DNA of 64,000 nucleotides from Ophelia neglecta (Eukaryota): NCBI GenBank assembly GCA_965285935.1, contig OZ260662.1, positions 80,662,001 to 80,726,000 of the forward strand, read 5' to 3'. Shown piece by piece: positions 52,990 to 64,000 of this stretch (position 1 is its first letter; each line of letters starts with the position of its first letter). The notes under the pieces were generated by a model. It saw only the letters and a program-made list of their open reading frames with translations, ran no database searches and was not told where the DNA came from. The position numbers and the translations under genes were made by a program.

Positions 52990-53472
52990 ATGATGAATTT
53001 AAAAGTATTGGCTGTACTAATGGCTACGATCTACTTGTTTACGTTTGCTAATACCTACCAAATTTACCGGATGAAGAGTAATCAGGCACCAAACAAAAAC
53101 CGCTCAAATTACGTTGCTTTATATGAAGATAAAACAAATTCAGTGGATCGAAATCATTCAAAGAACATGAACAATGATTCCAATACACGTCACCCATTGA
53201 TAACGAAAAAACGGAGTAGAACTATTGAAGTAAAGAGACGTCTGCGATGGAAAAAATTGTTTGAAGAAGATGGCCCCTTGATGACTCACGGATCTGCAAT
53301 GTGTCGGAAAGTGTGCTCATTCTGTAAACAAGCATTGTCCATGAAAATATCAGCTCTTTGTCACAACCAATGCTCCGGAAACAGGAAAGACAGAAGATAC
53401 TTCAAGGCATGCTTTTCTTTTTGGCTACAGGTACCTATTTTGTCCAATGTATTACTGAACCATTGCGTATAG
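52990..53472 (+). CDS. Secreted six-cysteine prohormone (eclosion hormone/CHH-like fold), paralog 1
   Basis: Signal peptide MMNLKVLAVLMATIYLFTFA (ATG 52990, within ORF 52921-53472), basic cleavage sites KKR/KRR/KK, and C-terminal C-x3-C-x2-C-x11-C-x3-C-x12-C ending F-x-A-C. Confidence 0.75.
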   Translation: MMNLKVLAVLMATIYLFTFANTYQIYRMKSNQAPNKNRSNYVALYEDKTNSVDRNHSKNMNNDSNTRHPLITKKRSRTIEVKRRLRWKKLFEEDGPLMTHGSAMCRKVCSFCKQALSMKISALCHNQCSGNRKDRRYFKACFSFWLQVPILSNVLLNHCV

Positions 53473-56400
53473 TCATGGATAAACATATCAAATTATCGAT
53501 GCCTCCTTCCGAGATAAAAAGCATGTATATTTTATAGATTTTTTTATTTTAAATGTTTTATTTTCAGAGTTTAAATTGGCTGTGGATGTTAATTTAGATC
53601 ACCGCCTTCGACCACACTGTTTTCTTTGAAAAATACAAATTGCATATAATGCTGGACTGTTGAATTGGTATTTGCTAAGTTCTAATTTCCGAATTAGATA
53701 TTGGACTTAAAACCGTACTTGGGACGATTTGATTTTTCAGTCACTACTTCTGCAAATACATTATCAAGATTTGGATTTATAATAGTGATACATTAACTAA
53801 ATAACAAGGAGAAGACTGATAGTTGGTGAAGGAGGTTCTTGGTGGAACAAATGAACTCAGTGTGCGCTTACTGTATATATGTAAGAAGTATATACAGTTA
53901 AGTAGCGGTGTCAGATGGAAAAAGTTGCGATGCGACATTTTTGTAACAGCATAGAAAGGGATGTGATCATTATATTAGGCGGTATGACCTCGAGAGTCCT
54001 CCCCCCAGTTTTTGATTCAAGCCACATCTGTTAAATTCAGATATAAATTTTGTTTTCCAGTGACAGTGACTCATTCAGTTCTTTATTTTCTATGGTACAA
54101 CATTGGAATGGGTTCTTCATGGAATTATTTTATAATATATTCACTTATAATTAAGTGCTGTTTAAACTTCTTTAATAATATGATTGCAGGGAGTTTGAGA
54201 AAACCAGAATTCAGCCGTTATCTGATATATATCTGGGTTTACTGAAGTTAGCGTTTTTTCAATGATGTCTTCAGACAGTAATAGAAACACGTTTACTCAT
54301 GAAGTATAGATAAAGCGATGTTTTTGAGGAAATTGATGTTTAAGCTTGCCACAATATGTATGAAAACCTGGATATGTATTTCTGCAAATAAAATAATACA
54401 TATAAACATTAAGACAATTGAGTCTTTGTAACTGATTTACTGTTGATAAATAAATAAGTTATGTTGTAGTTTTCTTGCCTCCACAAACCTAAAATGTGGT
54501 AGGTCTAAAACCGTTTTTATTTTAAACTGTGTCAAATTAAATAATATTTCATGATAGTCTTTTGTTGATAATCTGCATGCTGAGTTTATCTTGTGAAAGG
54601 AATCAAAATGAAGCTTCTCACGCCTGAATGGCTGTACTTTGAATGTATGTACTGACATTTCAGGTATTTCAGTGACTTCCCGGACTATAGATGTACTACT
54701 CAAATTGTCCTGCTGAATTGACATATAATTGATATGTTTGCACAAAACAACACATGTCTGGTGAGCGTCAGAGGAGAGTTTATTTATGCGAATCCATTTT
54801 CTTGGTTCACAGACTTTTTCAGCTGAATTTAAATGGGTCGGTTGATCGGTTTAATACAAAATAAAGTGGTCGGTCGAGTACAAAGTATTTACTTTCAAAA
54901 CATTACCACAGATAAGTATTATACTTCCAAAGTCGGGAGGTATTTTTAAATTGCTGCCAAATGCTACTCAATTTTACGCTATTCTAGGCAACAGATCCTC
55001 CATTCTCTGATCCTGAGATGATGCGACCAACGAATCCCGTCCCCTCTTTGCAATTTTTCATACTTCTACTAGTGTATTTTCGTAAGATTAGGTATTTTGC
55101 AGACAAACTCATTTTACAAGTTCTTGTAGAGGACGCATTAATGAGAGGAATAAGTAAGATGTAAACAAATTTAAAGAGAACTAAATCGTAAATAATTGTA
55201 CCTGACTCTGGGCTGTCCCCATAATGCAACAACGGCACTTTGTCTGGATGGAAATGGATGAGCATGTGCAATAAAAGAACTAGCTGCTGGAGAAGTTTAG
55301 ACCGGTTTTTGTGGTAGGTATGCGTACACGAAGTACTTTTTCAGAATTTTACTAAAACAACTCGAGGATTGGTGGTCACAATTATTTTTCAGTAATTCTC
55401 ACGAAATGAACGCGGTACAAATATAGGAATTTACAAAAATCGCGGAAATTGTATGTTTTCTTGGATAAAATGTTTATTTTAACCTTTATTTTGTCGTTTT
55501 CATTTGCATGCATACCTTTCGGAAATTGTTGAAGTTTTCAATCAGATATTTTGTTTATTTGGTTGCATATTTATTTAAATATCGGGAGGATTTCTTCTAA
55601 CAGGTGAGTATCCACGTGTTCTACATTACGTTGGAAAACTGCTCAGCGGTCAGTCAAGCATCGCCAGGGTTGTTTGATATTGTAATTTAAAATTATATGC
55701 GACACTTCGTCTAGAAGACATGACGATCTTCCAAGGTCACAAGAGAGCCAATTTTGGGGATTTTGTACTCTTCTAATAAGAACAGGGATTCGCGTTTTAT
55801 TTGTGGCCCTGCGACGGGATGTTCCTGATAATTTCCAAGAGATTTAGTTACCTATTATTGATAAATCATTTTGCTTTGTCTGCCGGGTTACCACGCCCCC
55901 TCCAGATTGTCGTTCATGATAGACTCCCCTGCGTCATTTCCACTGCCTTTTATCATCAATATGTTTAGCTCACACCAACAAACCGTATGTGTTGCATTTC
56001 TTCTTAACCATCAAACTCCCCAAGAATGTCGTCTCATACACTATTTATTTAAAATCATATAATCTATAAACACTATCAATGGCTAGAATTAAATTAAAAA
56101 AGAACAATTTCTGCAAATAAACTTTAGATAAAAGGGCCCCGACCGCCTTGTATCATTTCACTTTATTGTAACAGCCAACTCAATAGCATATAACTAATTC
56201 AATCATTCCTATAATCAGCTTCACATGTCCACAATCTATTGACCTTTCGACTTCTTTATGTTGCTCAGAAAAGAAGTTTCAACACTTTTATCAAACAGGG
56301 AGCAGGGACAAGGACATCTGCTTGTGTAATAACACATATAAATTTTCCCAAACTAAGATTCAAATCGGTGGTTTACAGTTCTGCTGACGTCAAATACCTA

Positions 56401-56861
56401 CATGATATAATGTTGGTTTGCTTGCTGTATTTGGGAGCAGAAACCAAAAAACCTCGCCAAATTACAATGCTTGCGCAACTGTTTGGAGGTTAAAGTCACG
56501 CGCTTATATATTTCAAATTAATTCTAATGAAATATATATGGCTAATATGCTTTTTCAATTTTGTAGGATTTATTCAAAATTCTAGCAGGTCACATTTTCT
56601 TTGTGTCAGTTTGCAATATCGAACTCCAAATCAAATAAATATGATTAAAATATGCCCTTTCATTTGTCCTTTTGCGAAACTGCTGCTGTGTCTCTTTTTT
56701 ATTGAAAAACATCCCACTTAGACGCTATAAAAGTATTTTATAACGAAATTTCATATCTAATCTTATTCTTAATCATGAAAGGAACTACAAAAGCACCACT
56801 CTGGATTAAACCGAGTGTAGAGCATATTAGAAAATCAAACAGTAGATGTTACTCAGAGCAC

Positions 56862-57281
56862 ATGATGAAACTATTCATTATAGCCTTTCTTCTTTTTACA
56901 TACTTGAAAACAAGTTCACTTAATTCGATAGGAAACAACAAACCTACAAGGGTATACCGGCCAATGTTGGAACTGTTGAGTAAAAGTGGCGCATCTGAGT
57001 ACCTTCACAAAGAAGGTTTACTGAACTTTAACTTACTCGAGTCGCCACCAGATACATCGGTAAATTATAACGACAATAGGATCCTTTCCAAACGCATGTA
57101 TAATATAGAAGATGGCGGCTATGTTCCCGGGGATAACCAGATCTGCAGGACGATATGTGATACCTGCTCCCGCTATTTGTCCATGCGGATATGGGCATTG
57201 TGTCCGTCTCACTGTGGGGAAGGTGAATGGGCCTTTCAAGCATGTCTCCGCGTCTGGCAGGCTTTACACAAAGGTAAGTAA
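56862..57281 (+). CDS. Secreted six-cysteine prohormone (eclosion hormone/CHH-like fold), paralog 2
   Basis: Signal peptide MMKLFIIAFLLFTYLKTSS (ATG 56862, within ORF 56775-57281), KR site, then C-x3-C-x2-C-x11-C-x3-C-x9-C. It shares EDG, CR..C..C...LSM.I.ALC...C and F.AC...W with paralog 1. Confidence 0.78.
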   Translation: MMKLFIIAFLLFTYLKTSSLNSIGNNKPTRVYRPMLELLSKSGASEYLHKEGLLNFNLLESPPDTSVNYNDNRILSKRMYNIEDGGYVPGDNQICRTICDTCSRYLSMRIWALCPSHCGEGEWAFQACLRVWQALHKGK

Positions 57282-57549
57282 AGTATACTAAACCCTTTTC
57301 AACAGCAACGATATGAATGTTTCCACTGACCTAGTTTACAGGTAAAGTAAACATTCAGAATTATTAGATCATCGCCACAAATTCAACCATTTATAGAGGA
57401 GGCTTTATATACTTTATTAAAATTGATTTTTAGAGCTTATTTAAAAGTTTCCTAGGGGTATGACAGATATATCAAAGAACATCTCAAAAGTGATAAACTA
57501 ACATTCGGCCATACATTTGACCATATCAAATGATTTAGATAGTAAATGC

Positions 57550-58700
57550 AATTTGGGTGCCATCAATTTGCAAGGTGCTAGCATGATTTTAAATTTCACA
57601 AACTTGAGGAATATAATTATAAAGTCTGAGGTTCGTGCAAACGGCGTACGAACAGTTATGAATTGCAACATCATCTTTTTTTCTAATCCAAGATAGTACA
57701 GTACTTACGTTTTAAGACGCAAACTACAAATATGATGGACCAGTAGTCAGCTTTTCATCGTTTATCCCTTAAGTCAACCTGATGTTGAGCCCAGATGCTA
57801 TAAGAGTATACAAACTGAATAATAAGAAAGATTATGCGTGAACAGTTACCTTTACAGAGGTTTCAATGAACATTTCTTGTATCCACATTGGCAACAAAGA
57901 AACAAACTGGCTTGCATCCTAATTTCTATTGTTTAGACAAATCCAGCAAAATAACACAAATGGAAAATTATGGAATTGTGATTGAAAACTTTGGGGTTGC
58001 CTTATTCTGGGGTAAACATATCAATAATCTACAAGTCCTTAATGATACCAACTGCGACCGTACTTCTGGTTTTCATATAGTCAAAAGAAATGGTACTGCT
58101 CTAAGTATATTGTGCGTATATATGCCTCAGCAATAATGTAGAACATCCTCTGCTGTATTAGATGAACATCGAAACCAGGTTGCAAATTTAAACAAGATAG
58201 GGCCTGCTATTTTTTTTGGCGATTTTAATGCGAACCTAAACAAAATGCATGGCGAATGTGGCTCTGGTTTACCCATGACAAGAGACACATCTTTGAATAA
58301 ATTGCTGTATCTACTTGTATGAAAGACTTTTATTAGACAAATGTAATGGTCGACAGTGCGCTTACATAGGTTACAATTGATCTAAGCCACATAGACCACT
58401 GTCTCTATTCTGATGTGCTTGTTTCAAATGTGAAAACATGTAAATAATTGATAATAATATGTTTATCACGTCTTATCATTCACCTATATTCACCACTCGG
58501 TTGGGGCAACATGCACAGATTCATCCACATTGATCAGCAATGCACCTCATCAGGGATCAAACTAGACTATCAGGGGCAAACATCCTATGGAGTTACACGA
58601 GGGCCTTGACGCAAATCCTAAAAGACCAGACATCCCAAATAGAAACCCCAAACGTATGCAAACACAACAACTATGTAACTATATTGACTAACGCTGGGTA
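57550..58700 (+). mobile_element. Heavily decayed LINE ORF2 endonuclease region
   Basis: Scattered APE motifs in order: GAINLQG, GVALFW, LCVYMPQ, FGDFNA, HIDHCL, SYHSP. Confidence 0.65.
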
Positions 58701-59380
58701 ATATTAACATCTCTTCTTGTTTGCCTCTTTCTGAGGTAAATCGACAAATTCACGTGGTCATTTTATCAATGGACATAAACACAGTCGTTTGAAAATGGCA
58801 AGGTTCCATATTTATTGTAATTAATTGATCTTCCGCTTTTCCTAAGTGCAGTCGAATTAAGATATATATTACTAGTTTGCTTTTGTATGCATGGTATCCA
58901 CTCTTGTTTATTTATAGAATAAAAACACCCATACTGCGCTCTTGCGCTCCCAGTCAAAACTGCACATTAAGATCGAGAGAAAAATGTATGAACTTTTAAC
59001 CATATGGAAAAGATTGTCGCTAAATGTTTGGAACATTTCGTCAACTACTGAAAACTAAAAGTATGGTGAAGTTAAATATTCTTGTCGCATAGATCGTTAT
59101 GTAGTACCAAACCCGAAAGTGTATGACGCGCATTATGGTGTGTGTAAAAAACGTCAACAAAGAGAAAACATACATTATACCATATTTGATGCGGATGTTA
59201 ACTAATCAATAGCAGTGCCACTTCGCAAACATAATGTCTTTGAAATATATTTGCTAGCACAATAGTCATTGTGTTACTCTGCCAAATGTAAATGTAAGTA
59301 AACATTACAGTGTCGATCCGTTCTCGTGGGTAATTATGGATAATTTTCGAACAGGTCTATTCCAGAATGTGTTCTTAAGA

Positions 59381-59499
59381 ACAAGTATTATGAGGCGACA
59401 AGATCAATCCCCGATGTCTTAGCCAGGTTCGAACTACTAGCTTTATAATACCGGGGTTGAGATCCCTTTCCAATGAGCTATATTATGGAATAGCCCTAC
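59381..59499 (-). mobile_element. tRNA-derived SINE head
   Basis: The minus strand has an A-box TAGCTCATTGG (59480-59470) and a B-box GTTCGAACC (59434-59426) at tRNA-like spacing, but no cloverleaf acceptor stem. Confidence 0.55.
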
Positions 59500-60188
59500 A
59501 TATTTACAACCAATATCTGCCTGTTTGTGGGACCATTACTGGTCGATGAACAAAACACGAGAGAAAGATATGAAATGATATTCTACGTCACTCAATGATC
59601 AATCGTATGTCTCTTTGCAAAAAATATATAAACATCTACGTAGCGTTGTTAATGTGAAGTGGCATTTTGCTTGACATAAAACAGCGATTTCTACTTGGAC
59701 CTGAATTGATTTGAATAACCTGCCTTAGATTTGATGAAAGCCTTATTATTTTACTCAAACAAGGGAGATTAATCATATTAACAAGGACGGCTAACAACTT
59801 ATTACCATTCACTTACTAACTAAACGCACAGATGCTTATATGTTAAGGTCCATTGATATTGAAAAGGATCATTATCAAGCAGACAGGTAATTGCCAAACA
59901 TTTTTTAGTACCATTACTACTTGTTGCCTGGCAGCAAATAAACAGATTACATGACAATGTTCACTATAAACAAGCACCAATCATTAAACTCCTGGTTTTA
60001 TTCTGATCATAACAAATATTTGCCTGCAGATGCGTAATATTCGAACCAAGTACCTGGTCTTTGATTTATATCTAATCATGTTTATTGCATCGTTGTTGCA
60101 TTGCTGCCCTTCTCGTATTCCTCTAGTAGAGTCAGGTATAGAGCACGATCGAGCGTACCTTTTCACTGGAGGTTGTGGAACCGGGAGG

Positions 60189-61020
60189 ATGCCACAGGCA
60201 GTAGACAGAAGAGTGGCCACTGAGGCACTTCCCATGGGTCCTGGTTCCCTATTCTATAGTTTATTGGACCAAAGTTGGGCCACCCGCCAAAGGGCCGAAA
60301 AACTTAATAAGGGTAAAACACTTACACAATAACGTAGGTATACGCATATATTATAGAGAAACTCGTACGTATTTCTCTGTTTCTTTTCGTTGGTGTGCTT
60401 GCTCTTTAAGTAATATATAGACAGTTGACAATCATTTAAACTTAATTTTAGTGGAAGCTGAACGCTTGAATCACAGGGCAACAACACTAGAACGAGCTTC
60501 GGAACGTTTCGTGCGATCACAAAATGCGCTTATCGAGAGGCTGACTAAAAATGTAAAAGAAACGTACGCATTGCACGATGTCATCACTGGTCAATATAAT
60601 GTGGATAAATTTGATACCTTGCAGCTTGGTTATAATGCAAAAAATGCTCGAAAAGACCCCGTCCGAAATGAACGTTGGGTGTATGAAACGAGGATATACT
60701 GTTCGGGTTGGAACAAACATAACCTATGAGGGGAAGTAAAGAAAACGCTTATCGCCACACAACCTAAGAACATTAAAGACATGAAAAGAGAAAACATTGC
60801 ACGTGAATACAGAAGAAAATTAATGAACTATGATGTAACATATGACAGAAATATGGCTCTGACCCCAACGTTACAACACTTTAAAAAGGCCAAAAAAGAG
60901 CATGGTTATCAGATGAAGTACGGCAGTCGGCGCGTACAGTTGGTTTCTCGACACCATGTCCGGGAGAAAAATAGCGTGACACCAAGTACAGCGCAAAAGG
61001 CGGACCTAAATAAAAACTAG
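60189..61020 (+). CDS. DKFDTL-family protein, paralog 2 (two exons) with an in-frame TGA at 60727-60729; possible pseudogene, null allele or readthrough gene
   Basis: Exon 60189-60312 (MPQAVDRR...PMGPGSLFYSLL...RQRAEKLNK), phase-1 GT-AG intron 60313-60451, exon 60452-61020 (VEAERL...YNVDKFDTLQLGY...HNL*GEVKK...QPKNIKD...). Similarity to 20025-20777 continues past the TGA. Confidence 0.8.
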
Positions 61021-62149
61021 ATGTTCGAATTATCCACCTGAGATGACTTGCCATTGCTAAATGTATGTTTCTAATAAAGACAAAATCAAAATATGTACAA
61101 GCAGTGGACATATCAATTCCATTATTTTCTCATTTCCAGTAAATATTTGTTCTTTAGTTCTATTTGCCTTTTTAACAAACCTTCCTAGACAAAATATTTT
61201 ATAATGATTGTTTCTCTTCATGTACGAATGGTTATTGTTAAGGTTCTAGGTTATCACAACTTCGGCAAAACAACGTTAATTTAGTTTAATTATAGTGACT
61301 TGTGGAAACAAATTGAGCATAAAGAACATATACACATTTTACAAGTCGATCATGCAGTTCAAATATATTTTGAATATCCCCAGCTAACCAGAAAATCCTG
61401 ATATGCAAGTAGACCTCCTGATTTCAAAATATATTTACAAAATATCAAATCCTACTGTTACCTTATATAATGATTGTTTCCAGAAAAGCAGAATTGGTAT
61501 GAAACACAGCGGCACATGGTTAATCGCATTTAGTCAAACATAATACCATTGACTTAGACACATTGATTCGTGTTGTCAATGTAACTTTAGCAGCGAATTA
61601 ATGAACTATTCTTGATCGATGATTTGGCTTTGTCTGCCAGTTATCACTCCCGTATTTTCATTTGTAGGCACTGTGTGCAACGAATATCCAGCTGGGCGGA
61701 AGACAGGTCGAGATTTTAGTTTTAAGCACGTAATACTATGTTGGGTCCATATCTGATTAGGTATCGGCCAAAAGTAACGATTTTCTCCATATTTTCAGGA
61801 TGTACTTGTAATACAGCATTTTTTAAAATTAATTGTTAATACTAAAACCACAAACTTTGTTAATAATCCATTACACATTAACATTATTAACAGGTCCCTT
61901 GGGAACAGCTTTATCTAAAAAAAAGCCACGGTCCAGACAATCAACGAATTGATGAACAAATAAATGGGAAAGTGGGAGTGAAAGTTATTTTGATCATAGG
62001 TACGTGTTAACTTGAATTGAACAAAGCTATAAGCATCTGAAACATACTCCAACAGCTCCTATAAAACAAAATATCAGCCAAGAGATACGATCATATTAAT
62101 GTGTGGCTATCAGATTCGTTATTTTGGTTTGTACTAGATTCAATTCCAC

Positions 62150-64000
62150 ATGATTAAGATGCTGGATAAAGCAATCATCATGCAGTCACCAAATATCAAC
62201 TCCAAGAAAAGGGATAATTACGCTGAAAATTACAAGGCATTTTGCAATACAAAAATGTGAAGTTACTTGGATAAAGTGTGAAAAATAATAGCAAGAAACA
62301 CACGAGAAACCCACATACGCAACTATCGCTGGCCAACCTCCAACTGAAAGCTCACGGCCTAAATCACCCACTCAGAATATTTCGGTTCGGATCGGTCGAG
62401 ATAATCTGGGGGAAACTCGAGTGAGACAATTCAATAGCAGGCCCACTTATAGAAGATCAGAACAAAACTACGACCCACAATCGGTACGCTTCTTTGTAGG
62501 CAATATAAGTGCAAACTTGCCTCCCGATATTATAGAAAGACATCTCTCACAGTGCAGAATACCACACCGTGACTTGAAAGTATTTGGCAGCAGAAAGCAC
62601 GAAGGTGAATTAGCCGCGATCTTTACAACCCCAAAAAGCTATGCTTTCACGCTTACGAGATGGGACTTCTGGCCGTACGATATATACGCCCGCCAATGGA
62701 TCGAACGTTAGAACGAAATACATTCACGTTAAACAAGATAGTTATTTTCATAATGAGCTGGCTCACAATAGGTGCTCTTAATACAAAGGGTGTAATGCGA
62801 AATGGTATGTACATGTGTGATTTATAGCTGCGCCTGACTCACTGCGCTAATGTCAGATGGCTTACACTTGCTAGTCAACCTTTCAAAGAACTACTGCAGC
62901 TTAGCTGTGAGTGACAAACGGAATGACTTAACCGACCGGTATCGAAGAACGATGGGAGGGGTGGCTTTCTTTTGGAAATACGCGCTCTCACCGAGTATAA
63001 CGGTCATCCAAACACACTCTGATCGTATCGTCGGAATCATTCTCAAAATCGATAAACAGAAACCCGTGGCAATGTTTGGAGTTTACCTTCCATCCTCTTA
63101 CGAATCTGTTTGAGCCTACAAGGAAACCATAGAAAAATTAGAGGAACTTTACCATGAACATGTGGTTTATTGTGATATAGTAATTATTGGAGATACAAAC
63201 GCGCCCGTGTACGAGATAGTAAACACCTACAACAACTCACGCGGTAACATTCTTAGACCTGACTGTAAAGGACCAGATTATACGTACAGAAATAATAACG
63301 GGAGCTCTACCCTAATTGACCATGTCATTGTTCAAAACCATTAGTTGCACAGATTCCGAGACTTTGGTATTTTGGAGGGAAGTAATAATGTGTCTGACCA
63401 CCTTACTGTCATTTCAAAGTTCAAAACGGAAAATCCACTATTGAACCAGGAGAGCTTAACCAAAGTAAGACTAAACTGGAGGAGAGCCAGTGATCCTGTC
63501 ATCTTTAAAACGTACAGGTGGGAGTTAAACCAGAGGATGGGTGATATTAACTTTGAAGACATAAACACGGCAGCCGGTCTGGATGAGCATTACGAAAAAC
63601 TGGTAAAAGTCATCAACGAAGCCGCCTCACACTCTATACCTCAATATCGTAGAAAGAACCCTGTCATCAAGTCGTACTGTAAATCCGGAGGTATGCCAAA
63701 ATACCACAAGGATATGATAGCAAAAGGGAATCTTGGAAACAAGCAGGCAAGCCAAGAGGCCACGATCATGAAACATTCCGAGAGTACAAAAATTCCAAAC
63801 GTATTTACAGATTAAAGATGAGACAGCTAGAAAACGACTATATATCAGAAGACTTTCACAAAATAGATCTGTCCGCGGATGCAGATCAGGAGTGGCTTTG
63901 GAGAATGATAAATAGAAATAAATCTTCTCCAGCAAAAGGTCTAGCCTGTCTTCGGACAGAAGCGGGGATGCTGTCTACCCAGGAACAAATAATAGAAAGC
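62150..64000 (+). mobile_element. Degenerate LINE (CR1/L2-like): ORF1 RRM end plus ORF2 APE endonuclease; continues past the window
   Basis: ORF1 fragment FFVGNIS...DFWPYDIYARQW. ORF2 fragments MSWLTIGALNTKG, GGVAFFWK, VYLPS, IIGDTNA, YTY...LIDHV and SDH, with stops and frameshifts. Confidence 0.88.

Noticed and set aside
59381-59499. Possible tRNA gene
   Set aside because: It has A and B boxes but no acceptor or anticodon stems, so it was called a SINE head.

Overview
AT-rich, intron-containing animal genomic DNA, probably a marine invertebrate (spliceosomal GT/GC-AG introns, decayed LINEs, MITEs). It is not prokaryotic, so most ORFs in the supplied track are noise or single exons. Reading exons by hand gives these genes: two tandem minus-strand M14A zinc carboxypeptidases with divergent substrate-binding residues (the complete one ends in a GPI-signal-like exon); an intronless GT61 glycosyltransferase; two divergent caveolin-like genes, the second with two duplicated terminal exons; a six-exon secreted protein fusing a bacterial-type SH3b cell-wall-binding domain to a LECT2/M23 zinc domain; two tandem six-cysteine eclosion-hormone/CHH-like prohormones; and two paralogs of an unrecognised basic protein family, one with an in-frame UGA. 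Mobile DNA includes a truncated Penelope-like GIY-YIG element with inverted termini and an intact-looking hammerhead ribozyme, several LINE relics, a tRNA-derived SINE and Tc1-, piggyBac- and Harbinger-like MITEs. The best candidate for an undescribed system is the SH3b-LECT2/M23 gene at 44796-49933. All gene models were derived manually from splice signals and reading-frame continuity; no database search was run.
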